Shown here one piece after another: positions 45,667 through 55,864 of a stretch of 64,000 nt of DNA (the stretch's first letter is position 1; each line of letters opens with the position of its first letter). The notes below the pieces were generated by a model, which was not told where the DNA came from, did no database searches, and worked only from the letters and a program-made list of their open reading frames with translations. Source of the stretch: Candidatus Diapherotrites archaeon ADurb.Bin253 (GTDB lineage Archaea > Nanobdellota > Nanobdellia > Pacearchaeales > GW2011-AR1). The stretch covers positions 21,768 through 85,767 of the forward strand of contig MWBV01000001.1 in assembly GCA_002069705.1 (NCBI GenBank), given 5' to 3'. Both the position numbers and the translations under genes were made by a program.

Positions 45667-48600
45667 ATGGATACTAAAATTTATTTTGAAAATTTGAAAA
45701 AAGAAGTGGATAAAATTTATTCTGTTGCTAATTTAGCTCGTTCTAAAGGTTATGATCCTGTTCATGAAGTTGAAATTCCTTTAGCTATGAGTATGGCTGA
45801 AAAGGTAGTTGGATTAATATCTACAATTTATCCTCAAATGAAGGGAGCAGGTATTGCAGAAAGGATTTTAGAGTTAGAAAAGGAGCACGGTAAACTAGAT
45901 GTGACTATTTTATTTAAAATTGCAGAGGAAGTAGCTAAACAAAAATTCTGCAAATTTGAAAATTTATTACAAGCTATGGATGCCGGAATAAGGATAGCAT
46001 TTGCTTATACTACATTAGGAGTGGTTTCAAGTCCCATAGAAGGATTTACAGGATTAAAAATAAGAAAAACTCGTGACGGAAAAGAGTACATTGAAGCGAG
46101 TTTTTCTGGCCCGATTAGAAGTGCTGGAACTACTGCGAGTTGTGTTATTTTGATTGTTATAGATTATTTAAGAGAAATTTTTGGTTTTGCAAAATATGAT
46201 CCTACGCCAGATGAAATAAAAAGAGTTTATGCTGAATTGGAGCATTTTCACGATAGGGTGACTAATTTACAGTATATGCCAACTGAAGAAGAAGCACTTT
46301 TTTTAGCAGAACATCTTCCCATACAAATTGCAGGAGATGCTTCTGAAACAATTGAAGTTCCAAACTATAAAAATTTAGAAAGAGTGGACACAAATTATCT
46401 GAGAAGTGGTTTTTGTCTTATTATTGGAGAAGGGCTTGCTCAAAAAGCAGCAAAAGGATTTAGATTGCTTGGCAGGGCAAAAAAAAATGGGATACAATCT
46501 ACTGGTTTTGATTTTTTAGAGGAATATGTTAAGATACATGAAAAAAGAGATAGGGGAAAAGCAGATGGTTCTCCTACATATATTAAAGATTTGGTTGCTG
46601 GAAGGCCTATTTTTGGACATCCTTCAAAATCTGGAGGATTTAGATTTAGATATGGGAGAGGAAGAGTATCTGGTTTTAGTGCAACTTCTTTAAATCCTGC
46701 AACTATGGCTGTAACAGACGGTTTTATTGCAATTGGAACACAGCTTAAGATAGAAAAACCCACAAAAGGTTGCGCAGTTACTGTGTGTGATAGTATTGAT
46801 GGCCCTATTGTAAAATTATTCAATGGGAGTGTGAAGAAATTATCTTCTATAGAAGAAACAAAATCTATTTATCCAGACATAGATGAGATTATTTATCTTG
46901 GAGATATTCTTTTTCCTTTTAGTGACTTAGCAAACAGGAATGCTAATCTTATTAAGCCAGGATATGTTGAAGAATGGTGGCATTTGGAATTAATTGAAAA
47001 AGAAAATTCTTTGAAGAATATTAATCCTTTTTCTGTTTCTTTTGATGATGCTATTGAATTAAGTGAAAAATATTCTCTACCTCTTCATCCTAAATATATT
47101 TTTTATTGGACTCAAATTTCAAGAGAAAATCTATTAGATTTACTTATTTGGTTGGAAAATGCAAGAATTGAAAAGAAAATAATTTTACCTTATAACAAAT
47201 CTGAAAGAGAAAAATTTTCATTAGGAAAGAGAGCATTGGAGATTTTGGGTGTTGAACACCAAGTCACTGTAGAAAATGTTGTTTTAACAGAAGAGACAAG
47301 TAGAGCTCTTTTATTTAACCTAGGTTTTGAATTAAATAAAGTTGATGGAAATAAAATTAATTTTAAGGAAATTTTTGACTTTTATAATTTAAATAAAGAT
47401 AAATCTGTTTTGGAGATTGTTAATTCTTTTTCTAAATATTTAATTAAAGATAAAGCAGGGGAATTTATTGGGGCGCGTATGGGTAGACCAGAAAAAGCTA
47501 AACTAAGAAAACTTGTTGGAAGTCCGAATGTTTTATTTCCTGTTGGGAAAGAAGGAGGAAGGTTGAGGAGTTTACAAGCAGCTTGTAAAGAAGGAAAAGT
47601 TTGGGGGAGCTTTCCTATTTATTATTGTGATTCATGTCAAAAAGAAACAATCTATCCAACTTGTGAAGAATGTAATTTAATTACTAAGCCGATGTATTAT
47701 TTTATGGAAACAAAAGAAAAACTTTTTAGTAAATCTAATGAAAATTCTTCTAGAGAAGGAGTAAGATATTGTAATAAATCAATAGATATAAATCATTATT
47801 ATGAACACGCATTAAAAAGATTGGGAGTATCTAAGGAAGAAGCTCCTCTTTTGATTAAAGGAGTTAGAGGCACTTCTTCTGCAAATCATGCTGTAGAGGA
47901 TTTATCTAAGGGAATTTTAAGAGCAAAATATGATTTACAAGTAAATAAGGACGGAACTATTCGTTTTGATGCAACAGAATTACCTTTACTTTACTTTAAA
48001 CCTAAAGAGGCTTATGTGAGTGTAAAAAAACTTCGTGAAATAGGTTATCATAAAGATATTTTTGGAGAAGAATTGGAAAGAGAAGACCAAATTTTGGAAT
48101 TAATGCCCCATGATATTTTATTACCTAGTTCCTTTGACTCTTTAGACGAAAGAGCAGATGATGTTTTTTTTAAGGTTTCTCGTTTTGTCGACGAGGAGTT
48201 GGAAAAGGTTTATGGACTTGAAAAAATTTATAATGTCCAAAATAAAGAAGATTTAATTGGTAAATTGGGTGTTTGTATGGCTCCTCATAATTGTGCAGGG
48301 GTTATTTGTAGGTTTGTAGGATTTTCAAATACACAGGGTTTATTTGCTAGTCCATATATGCATGCTGCTGTAAGAAGAGATTGTGATGGAGATGAAGCAG
48401 CAATTATGCTTCTTGGAGATGTTTTACTTAATTTTTCAAGAGAGTTTTTACCAAGTCATAGAGGAGGAACACAAGATGCTCCCCTTGTTTTAAATGCAAA
48501 AATAGATGCTGGAGAGGTGGATGATCAAATATTGGATTTTGAATTTTTAATGAATTATCCTCTTGATTTATATCGTGCTGCTGAAAAAGGAGTTCATTCT

Positions 48601-49131
48601 TCAGAAGTTAAAGTAAATACTGTACGAGAGATTTTAAAAAAAGGAGAGAATCCTTTTTTGAGAGCAGGTTTTACACATGATACAGATAATTTCAATGAAG
48701 GGATTTTGTGCTCTTCATATAAACGTTTATTGACAATGAAAGATAAGGTGAATCATCAAATGAATTTGGTCGAGAAGTTGAGGTCAGTGGATACTTCAGA
48801 TACTGCAAGATTAATTATAGATAGACATTTTATAAGAGATATGAGAGGTAATCTCAGAAAATTTTCTATGCAAGAATTTAGGTGTGTTGGATGTAATGAA
48901 ATTTTAAGAAGAGTTCCCCTAAACGGGGTTTGTCCTTTTTGTAGAGGCAAACTTATTTTTACAATTCATGAGGGAGGAATAAAGAAATACTTAGAACCTG
49001 CCTTGGATTTGGCTAAAAAATATAATCTTTCTAATTATATGCAACAGAATTTAGAACTTGTAAAAAGATATGTTGAGAGTATTTTTGGGAGAGAATTAGA
49101 AAAACAAGAGAACATAAGCAAATGGTTTTAA
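45667..49131 (+). CDS. DNA polymerase II (PolD) large catalytic subunit DP2
   Basis: 1154 aa. Conserved DP2 segments including Cys clusters (CDSCQKETIYPTCEEC; CVGCNE...CPFCRG) and the catalytic region ...CDGDEAAIM... Confidence 0.93.
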   Translation: MDTKIYFENLKKEVDKIYSVANLARSKGYDPVHEVEIPLAMSMAEKVVGLISTIYPQMKGAGIAERILELEKEHGKLDVTILFKIAEEVAKQKFCKFENLLQAMDAGIRIAFAYTTLGVVSSPIEGFTGLKIRKTRDGKEYIEASFSGPIRSAGTTASCVILIVIDYLREIFGFAKYDPTPDEIKRVYAELEHFHDRVTNLQYMPTEEEALFLAEHLPIQIAGDASETIEVPNYKNLERVDTNYLRSGFCLIIGEGLAQKAAKGFRLLGRAKKNGIQSTGFDFLEEYVKIHEKRDRGKADGSPTYIKDLVAGRPIFGHPSKSGGFRFRYGRGRVSGFSATSLNPATMAVTDGFIAIGTQLKIEKPTKGCAVTVCDSIDGPIVKLFNGSVKKLSSIEETKSIYPDIDEIIYLGDILFPFSDLANRNANLIKPGYVEEWWHLELIEKENSLKNINPFSVSFDDAIELSEKYSLPLHPKYIFYWTQISRENLLDLLIWLENARIEKKIILPYNKSEREKFSLGKRALEILGVEHQVTVENVVLTEETSRALLFNLGFELNKVDGNKINFKEIFDFYNLNKDKSVLEIVNSFSKYLIKDKAGEFIGARMGRPEKAKLRKLVGSPNVLFPVGKEGGRLRSLQAACKEGKVWGSFPIYYCDSCQKETIYPTCEECNLITKPMYYFMETKEKLFSKSNENSSREGVRYCNKSIDINHYYEHALKRLGVSKEEAPLLIKGVRGTSSANHAVEDLSKGILRAKYDLQVNKDGTIRFDATELPLLYFKPKEAYVSVKKLREIGYHKDIFGEELEREDQILELMPHDILLPSSFDSLDERADDVFFKVSRFVDEELEKVYGLEKIYNVQNKEDLIGKLGVCMAPHNCAGVICRFVGFSNTQGLFASPYMHAAVRRDCDGDEAAIMLLGDVLLNFSREFLPSHRGGTQDAPLVLNAKIDAGEVDDQILDFEFLMNYPLDLYRAAEKGVHSSEVKVNTVREILKKGENPFLRAGFTHDTDNFNEGILCSSYKRLLTMKDKVNHQMNLVEKLRSVDTSDTARLIIDRHFIRDMRGNLRKFSMQEFRCVGCNEILRRVPLNGVCPFCRGKLIFTIHEGGIKKYLEPALDLAKKYNLSNYMQQNLELVKRYVESIFGRELEKQENISKWF

Positions 49132-49137
49132 TTTTCA

Positions 49138-50331
49138 TTAAAGAAGATATAATAAAATTGTAGGAATTAATAAACATCCCATCATCTGTGTTTTTTTAAC
49201 ATTGAGTTGAATACAATACAATCCTACTAATGTAGATATTCCAAATACAAATAATCCAAGAATCCCAGAGATAATTAAAATTAAAACACTAAGAAATAAA
49301 ATAGTCCATTTAGAGAGTTTATTGTAATCTATTTTTTCTATATATTTTATAAACAATATGGATAATTTTTTTGTAAGAAAAAAAGAAATTATTCCTGAAA
49401 TTAAACAAACAATAATAATTAAGATTAAACTTTGAAAGGTTACTTGCCCAAGGAGAGATTGCACTGCTGCAGCTGCACCTGTACGGGTTCTAGATATACT
49501 ATATAGAGACACGAAGGAAAGTCCCATAACAAATACATTTACTATTCCTAAAAGTATAAGAAAATCTTTTTCGTTTGTTCTAGATATTTGGTTTCCAATA
49601 ACTGCTGCTTGTCCTCCTCCTAATCCTGGAAGAAAACCACAAAAAGGAGAGGCGATTATTGCTCCAGATAGAGGACGCATCATGTTTTTTAATTTTATCC
49701 TTTTGAAATTAGTTTTTTGTTTGGGTATTTTTGTTTTTTGTTTTATACTCAACAATAACATAGAGCTACCAAACAATCCACTTAAAAGAGGTAAGAGAGG
49801 TTCTTTTAAATTTAAATCTAATACAAGGTATCCAAGAATCCCTGTTATAATCATTACAAGGAATGCCTGGAGTTTATTTTTTTCTGAGAAAATCATAATT
49901 ATACAAACTAAGATTAGAATGTATGGAATTACTTTTTGTATTGTGGGATAAGTTTTAGACAATAAAAACGAGAGCGGTAAAAAAAGAAGAACTAAAAGAA
50001 TAACTCCGCTTAATCCCCCATAAGCAGTTCTCATTACTGCTTCGTGTCCTTTTCCTTGCTTTAGCATTTCGTGTCCAGGAAGTACAGCTAGTTCTGTATC
50101 TGTGTCTGGACATCCAAGAAAAATACTTGGAATGAAATCAATAAAAGTGTGGGCTATTGCAAGAGACGAGATAAATACAACCAGATATATCATAAACGAA
50201 TGATTAGAGAAAGAAGAGGAGAGAGTCACTAAAAATGTTCCTACAAGATTAATATGTATTCCAGGGAATAAGCCTGTGAAAATTCCCACAACAATTCCAA
50301 GAATTATTGCAATTATTATCTCAATAATCAT
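49138..50331 (-). CDS. TctA/DUF112-family polytopic membrane protein (putative transporter subunit)
   Basis: 397 aa, ~10 TM. Duplicated GxxxGxxPG(I/L) motifs (GIFTGLFPGIH; CGFLPGLGGGQAAVIG). Confidence 0.45.
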   Translation of the reverse strand: MIIEIIIAIILGIVVGIFTGLFPGIHINLVGTFLVTLSSSFSNHSFMIYLVVFISSLAIAHTFIDFIPSIFLGCPDTDTELAVLPGHEMLKQGKGHEAVMRTAYGGLSGVILLVLLFLPLSFLLSKTYPTIQKVIPYILILVCIIMIFSEKNKLQAFLVMIITGILGYLVLDLNLKEPLLPLLSGLFGSSMLLLSIKQKTKIPKQKTNFKRIKLKNMMRPLSGAIIASPFCGFLPGLGGGQAAVIGNQISRTNEKDFLILLGIVNVFVMGLSFVSLYSISRTRTGAAAAVQSLLGQVTFQSLILIIIVCLISGIISFFLTKKLSILFIKYIEKIDYNKLSKWTILFLSVLILIISGILGLFVFGISTLVGLYCIQLNVKKTQMMGCLLIPTILLYLL

Positions 50332-50404
50332 TCCTAATTGAGCAGGAGATTATTTTTAAGAATTTAAGATATTGGAAACTATATTTGGTTGAATTTATTT
50401 TATT

Positions 50405-51262
50405 TTATTTTTCTTCTGCAGCTTTTATGAGTAAGTTTAAAACTTCTTCTATTATTCTTTCATGTTCCTCTTCAAAAAAGTCCAAAGATGGCTGTCCGTT
50501 TACTTCTAATAATAACCATTTTCCTCCTTTTTTTAATACATCTATCCCACAAATTTTAATGTCCAAAAATTTAACTGTTTTTTTGATTATTCTTTCTAAT
50601 TTTTTGTCTATGTCAAATGGTTCAAATCTTTTTGCATATACTCCTGTTGCTTTCCATCCTGCATTATTCTTTTTTAATGCTGTCTGAACTATCTTATTTC
50701 CTATTACAGTTACTCTATAACTTGGAGATTCTATAAATTCTTGAGCTATTATGGGTAATTTTTCACTTCCTTTTTTCCAGAATTTTTTTATTATTTGTTC
50801 TGCTTCAGCCATTCCTCTAGCTTTCTCAACATATTCCCCCATTGTTCCATTTATTCTTTTGAGAATAACTGGCCATCTTCCAAATTGTTTTAATTCACTT
50901 TTGGCATTATTTATATTTTCAGATAAAAGTATTGTTTCTGGGGTAGGAACATTGTGCTTTTTACATTTTACATAAAACATCCATTTGTCTTCTGTACAGT
51001 AATATGATTTTGATGATTCTATTATTTTTATTCCCCATTCTTCTATTGTTTTAGTAAGCTCAACTGAAAAATCATCCCACACTGAACAATAAATTATGTC
51101 ACATTGTTTGACTTTTCTTTTAAATGATTTTATATCAAATTTATCTGAAAGGTTTATGAGAATTACTTTTACTCCTTTTTTCTTTGCTATCTCAAAGAAT
51201 AGTTTTCCCTCTTTTTCTATTTCTCTTGAGCAAGAGAGTATCCCAATTGTTTTCTTTTTCAC
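50405..51262 (-). CDS. ATP-grasp family ligase (RimK/LysX-like)
   Basis: 285 aa. WPVILKRINGTMGEYV...ICGIDVLKKGGKWLLLEVNGQPSLDFFEE is typical of the ATP-grasp C-terminal half. Confidence 0.6.
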   Translation of the reverse strand: MKKKTIGILSCSREIEKEGKLFFEIAKKKGVKVILINLSDKFDIKSFKRKVKQCDIIYCSVWDDFSVELTKTIEEWGIKIIESSKSYYCTEDKWMFYVKCKKHNVPTPETILLSENINNAKSELKQFGRWPVILKRINGTMGEYVEKARGMAEAEQIIKKFWKKGSEKLPIIAQEFIESPSYRVTVIGNKIVQTALKKNNAGWKATGVYAKRFEPFDIDKKLERIIKKTVKFLDIKICGIDVLKKGGKWLLLEVNGQPSLDFFEEEHERIIEEVLNLLIKAAEEK

Positions 51263-51330
51263 TTTCTTATTTTAATTTAAACTTTATTATTTTTAGTTTA
51301 ATTTTGTATTTAAATATAATGTTTTTAAAT

Positions 51331-52239
51331 TTATTTTGTTTTAAATTCAACAACATCCAAATCTCTTAGTTTATGGTTAAGTCCAACAATTTGTCCAGGA
51401 AATTTACTTGATGGCCCCCATATTTTTGTCTCCTTTACTTTTTCGGAAAATCCCTTTAATATTTTTTCAGCCACTTCTCTGGTAGTAGCTCCAGGTTTAA
51501 GAATTATCGGATTTTTGCTTTTTTCTTTTCCAGGTTCTTTAGTATATACTCTTATTTTGTTGAATGATGAAAATAATTTTTCTTTTAATAATTCTATTCC
51601 TTCTTTGCTTATAGAGGAAAATAACACAAAATTGTATTTTTTTGACTGAAGAGTTGAAGAAATTTTTCTTTTTTCTTCTAAGTTCAATAAGTCTGATTTA
51701 TTAAATAAAACTATTTTGTTTTTTTGTATGTTTCCAATCATTGTTTCTATTTCTTTTAGGTCTTGGATAGAGTTTATTATAATAATTAAAGTGTCTGTAG
51801 TATTTGTAATGCCTTTGTCATAATATTCTGATTCTATTGCTGGATTTTCTATTATTTGGATATTTGCCCCTTGATAATTCATCATCCCTATTTTGGGAGT
51901 AGTTGTTGAAAGATGAGTGTGTGAAACCTCTGCCTTTGCATTAGTTAATTCTGTTAAAACAGAGGATTTTCCGGAATTAGATTTGCCGATTATAACCGCT
52001 TGTAAATCTTCTTTTTTTATTCCTGTTCTTGAAGACTTTCCAGATTTTTTACTTTTTTCCTTTTCTTCTAAGAGCTTTTTTAATCTTGTCTTTAATTGCG
52101 CTCTTAGGTTTTCCCCTCCTTTGTGGGAAGGAGCATAAGAAATCATTTTTTTTAATTTTTCAATTTTTTCTTCTACCGACTTTGCACGAAGATATTCCCC
52201 TTCTGCTGCGATATATTCTGGATGAGCATTTATTGGCAT
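51331..52239 (-). CDS. DRG/Obg-family GTPase with C-terminal TGS domain (divergent G3 motif)
   Basis: 302 aa. G1 IIGKSNSGKSS, G4 FNKSD, TGS-like C-terminus IRVYTKEPG...PIILKPGATTREVAEKI...DLDVVEF. The expected DxxG is replaced by ENPA. Confidence 0.55.
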   Translation of the reverse strand: MPINAHPEYIAAEGEYLRAKSVEEKIEKLKKMISYAPSHKGGENLRAQLKTRLKKLLEEKEKSKKSGKSSRTGIKKEDLQAVIIGKSNSGKSSVLTELTNAKAEVSHTHLSTTTPKIGMMNYQGANIQIIENPAIESEYYDKGITNTTDTLIIIINSIQDLKEIETMIGNIQKNKIVLFNKSDLLNLEEKRKISSTLQSKKYNFVLFSSISKEGIELLKEKLFSSFNKIRVYTKEPGKEKSKNPIILKPGATTREVAEKILKGFSEKVKETKIWGPSSKFPGQIVGLNHKLRDLDVVEFKTK

Positions 52240-52272
52240 ATAACTTTTAAAGTCGAAGAGCTTAAATAATTT

Positions 52273-53064
52273 ATGAATAGAGAGGAATTAATAAAAAAGA
52301 TAACCACCAAAAAAGATTTTTCTGAATTACCTAAACAGGATGTTGAATTGGCATTTAATAAATTTAATAGGCCTCATTATTCAGACGAGGAAAAAGTTAA
52401 ATTAACCAGAGATTTACTTAGAAAGGTTTTTAGTGTTTTTACTAGTGGAAAGCTGTTGAATATAAAAGATAAAGATTGTGAATGGATATTAAATAAGCAT
52501 ATTTCAACCAGAGAGAGATTGAAGTTTTATCCAGAAGTTTATCATAGGATTTTCTCAGATTCTATTTTAGATAAGGTGAACAAGAGAGTAGATTTAACAG
52601 TTATTGATTTGGGAGCAGGAGTAAATGGATTTAGTTACAAATATTTTCCAAAAAATATAAATTATCTGGGGATTGAAGGGATGAACCAGCTTGTTAACTT
52701 AACAAATCATTATTTTAATAGGGAGAATATTAAAGGAAAAGTTATTCAAGAAAGTTTATTCAATTTAGATAAAATAAAGGAATTAATCCTCAAGGTTAAG
52801 GGATTAAAAATTTTATTTTTGTTTAAGGTTATAGATTCTTTGGAGATGCTACAAGACAATTATTCAAAATCTTTGATTAAAGAATTGACTCCTTTAGTTG
52901 ATTTTGTTGTTATTAGTTTTGCAACTAGAAGTTTAGTTAAAAGAGAGAGATTTAAGGTTAATCGTAAGTGGATTTTAAAGTTTATAGAAGAAAACTTTGA
53001 AGTTTTAGAAGATTTTGAAATAGGAAATGAAAGATACATTAAGTTTAGAAGTAGGTTTAAATAG
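52273..53064 (+). CDS. Class I SAM-dependent methyltransferase
   Basis: 263 aa. Motif I VIDLGAGVNGF; an acidic residue at the end of beta-2 (LGIEG). Confidence 0.5.
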   Translation: MNREELIKKITTKKDFSELPKQDVELAFNKFNRPHYSDEEKVKLTRDLLRKVFSVFTSGKLLNIKDKDCEWILNKHISTRERLKFYPEVYHRIFSDSILDKVNKRVDLTVIDLGAGVNGFSYKYFPKNINYLGIEGMNQLVNLTNHYFNRENIKGKVIQESLFNLDKIKELILKVKGLKILFLFKVIDSLEMLQDNYSKSLIKELTPLVDFVVISFATRSLVKRERFKVNRKWILKFIEENFEVLEDFEIGNERYIKFRSRFK

Positions 53065-53084
53065 CCTCTTTTCTTTTTTAAAGT

Positions 53085-54290
53085 ATGAAAGTTAGTTTTT
53101 ATAGAAAGGTGCTGAAAAATGGCATGACTGTGATTCTTGAAAAAAGAAATCTTCCCATAGTTAGTGTTGCATTTGCAGTAAGGAATGGAGGGGTAAATGA
53201 AAAAGAAGAGGAAAAAGGGATTTCTCATTTTATTGAACACATGTTATATAAAGGAACTCCTTCAAGAAATGCCAAGAAAATTGCAGAGGAAATAGAGAAA
53301 AAAGGAGGAGACCTTAATGGATTTACTTCTGATGAAATTACTGCTTATTGGTGTAAAATGCCTTCAAAAAATTTGAAATGTGCTTTAGATGTTTTATCCG
53401 ATATGGTTAAAAATCCATTATTTGACGTAAAAGAATTAGAAAAAGAAAGAAAAGTGATTTTTGAAGAAATAAAAATGTATCATGATAATCCACGATTACA
53501 TTCTATGGATGAAATACAAAAGCTAATGTATAATGGGACTATGAAAATAAATCTTGCAGGAACATTTGAGACAATGAATTCTATTTCCAGAGAAAAGATG
53601 GTTAAAAAATTTAAAGAAGTTTATACTTCAAATAATCTTATTTTATGCGTAGTTGGAGATGCAGATTTCAAAGAGTTGGTAAAATTTGCAGAAAGAAATT
53701 TTGACAACTCAAACTCTAAAATTAAAGTGGAAAAGTTTGGATTAGAGAGAGGAATTAGGACAGAAAAAAGAGTTGGGATAGACCAAGCAAATGTTGTTTT
53801 TGCTTATCATGTTCCTCTAGCAGGAGATAAAAAAAGTTATTCTGCCATAGTTTTAAATGCCTTAATGGCTGGAGGAATGTCTTCTAGATTATTTAGTGAA
53901 ATAAGAGAAAAAAGAAACTTGGCTTATGCAGTTAAAGGCGATGTAAATATAAACAAAACTTTTGCATATAATATTATTTATGTTGGAACAATGAAAGAGA
54001 ATGTAGAAAAAGTAAAGGGGTTAATTATAGAAGAATTTCAAAAAGTTTCAACTTCATTAATGGAAAAAGATCTTAAAGAAATTAAAGAACAGTTAATTGG
54101 AAACTATCAAATTTCTATGGAAGATTCTCAAGATCAAATGGTGAATCTTTTGGCACACGAGGTAAGAGGTAATGCAAAAGAATTTTATAATTTTGAAAAA
54201 GAAATTTCTAAGGTTAAATTAGAAGACGTTAAAAATTTAGCAAAAAAGGTAGTTAAGGATTATAGTTTTTTTGCACTCATACCTAAATAG
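53085..54290 (+). CDS. M16-family (pitrilysin/insulinase-like) zinc peptidase
   Basis: 401 aa. Inverted zinc motif HxxEH in GISHFIEHMLYKGT; a downstream E in ...EITAYW... Confidence 0.75.
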   Translation: MKVSFYRKVLKNGMTVILEKRNLPIVSVAFAVRNGGVNEKEEEKGISHFIEHMLYKGTPSRNAKKIAEEIEKKGGDLNGFTSDEITAYWCKMPSKNLKCALDVLSDMVKNPLFDVKELEKERKVIFEEIKMYHDNPRLHSMDEIQKLMYNGTMKINLAGTFETMNSISREKMVKKFKEVYTSNNLILCVVGDADFKELVKFAERNFDNSNSKIKVEKFGLERGIRTEKRVGIDQANVVFAYHVPLAGDKKSYSAIVLNALMAGGMSSRLFSEIREKRNLAYAVKGDVNINKTFAYNIIYVGTMKENVEKVKGLIIEEFQKVSTSLMEKDLKEIKEQLIGNYQISMEDSQDQMVNLLAHEVRGNAKEFYNFEKEISKVKLEDVKNLAKKVVKDYSFFALIPK

Positions 54291-54332
54291 CATTTAAGAT
54301 AATCTTAAAAAGAGAATTTATTCTGTATTGTT

Positions 54333-55148
54333 ATGTTTGTAGTTAAAGTACCCGGAATAAACGGAAATTCAGATACTTCTGGATGTGAAAAATCTGGAAA
54401 CGAAATTTTGAAAATTTTAAAAAAAGAGGGTTGTGTAAACGAATCAGGAAATGTTGTTGATATAACTAATTTGGATTTAGAGGAAATACACTTAGATAAT
54501 TCTAATTTAAAATTAACTAATCATCTTATTTATAAAAATAGTTTTGAAATCTTTGAAAGTAAACCTAAAACAATCTTTTTAGGAGGAGACCATTCTATTA
54601 GTTATTCTTTATGCAAGGCATTTTTGGATTCTTCTAAAAAGAGAGGTAAAGAACCCTGTTTAATTTTATTTGATGCACATCCAGATTGCAAACCCTTTCT
54701 AAATTCTAGTCAGGATTTTCCAAAAAATGAAGAATGGTTAAGAAAATTAATAGAAGATGGTTTTCCAAAAAAGAATATCCTTATTGTAGGGATTAGAAAT
54801 ATGAGCAAGGAAGAATTTAAGTTTTTGAAAGATAATTCAATAAAAACTTTGTCTTTAAACTCTCTTTTAGAGGATATTGAAGAAACCTGTGAAATAATTA
54901 TGGAATTCTCAGATAAGAAAGATTTGTATTTGTCAGTAGATATTGATGTGATTGACCCTTTGTTTGCTCCTGCTACTGCTAATCCAGAGATAGGGGGGTT
55001 AACAAGTAGAGAGTTTATTTACCTAATTTCTAGATTGAATAAAATAAAAAATCTTAGAGCAGTTGATTTGGTGGAGATTAATCCATTAAAAGATAAGGAA
55101 CATTTAACTTTAACACTTGGAGCAAAAATTATTTCAGAATTAATCTGA
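54333..55148 (+). CDS. Arginase/agmatinase (ureohydrolase) family enzyme
   Basis: 271 aa. Family motifs GGDHSISY, DAHPD and SVDIDVIDP. Confidence 0.7.
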   Translation: MFVVKVPGINGNSDTSGCEKSGNEILKILKKEGCVNESGNVVDITNLDLEEIHLDNSNLKLTNHLIYKNSFEIFESKPKTIFLGGDHSISYSLCKAFLDSSKKRGKEPCLILFDAHPDCKPFLNSSQDFPKNEEWLRKLIEDGFPKKNILIVGIRNMSKEEFKFLKDNSIKTLSLNSLLEDIEETCEIIMEFSDKKDLYLSVDIDVIDPLFAPATANPEIGGLTSREFIYLISRLNKIKNLRAVDLVEINPLKDKEHLTLTLGAKIISELI

Positions 55149-55159
55149 GAGAGGGTTGT

Positions 55160-55864
55160 TTAATATTTTCTTTCAATTATCTCTCTTATCTGTTCTGATT
55201 TAACTCCTAATATCTCTCTTAGTTCTTCAGTCGGTGCAAGAATGATGTTTTGGATGGACCCGAATTTTTCTAACAATGCTCTTGCCTTTTTTGGACCAAT
55301 GCCTGGAAAACCTTCAATTATAAACTGTAACTGTTCTTTTTTCCCCAGTGTTTTCTTTTTTGCATTTAGATTTATTTCTTTATCCTTCTTTTTAGATAAT
55401 ATTGTTATAAATTTTGCAGTATCTTCTGAATTTTTAGAAAAGATTAAAGGAATTTTATGTTTGAGGGCTATTGAAAGTAAAAATCCCCTGATTGCATTTG
55501 GATTTACTCCAGAGTTTTCTTCTCCATACAATTCTTTTTCAGATATTCCTTCAACTATAATTAATTTATTTTCATATTGTTTTATTTCTTCAATTTGCTT
55601 TAATAGTCTTTGATTAATCATTGAGGAGATAAAATCAGAAACTGTTTTCCTTTCTATTATGGTGTCCATTACTATATAATCTCCTATTTTCAATTCTTTG
55701 AATTCTACTTCTAATCCTTCTTTTATTATGTAGGATGCTACCAAAGAATTTTTTTCTCTATAATCTATGATTATTTTTTCTGCTTTATCTTCTTGTTTTT
55801 TTTCTTTTATTTTATTTCTTTTAGAAAATATATCTAACATTATAGGAGATTTTACTGTTTTCAT
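55160..55864 (-). CDS. hef: XPF/ERCC4 nuclease domain plus HhH2 (equivalent to the Hef C-terminal half)
   Basis: 234 aa. ERCC4 motifs IDYREKNS...GDYIV...ERK; HhH2 GFPGIGPKKARALLEKFGS. Its start overlaps the helicase stop (ATGA). Confidence 0.75.
   Translation of the reverse strand: MKTVKSPIMLDIFSKRNKIKEKKQEDKAEKIIIDYREKNSLVASYIIKEGLEVEFKELKIGDYIVMDTIIERKTVSDFISSMINQRLLKQIEEIKQYENKLIIVEGISEKELYGEENSGVNPNAIRGFLLSIALKHKIPLIFSKNSEDTAKFITILSKKKDKEINLNAKKKTLGKKEQLQFIIEGFPGIGPKKARALLEKFGSIQNIILAPTEELREILGVKSEQIREIIERKY

Noticed and set aside
52029-53240. ORFs 51917..52138, 52029..52250 and 52860..53240 as extra genes.
   Set aside because: They overlap the GTPase and methyltransferase genes out of frame, and their translations are low-complexity.
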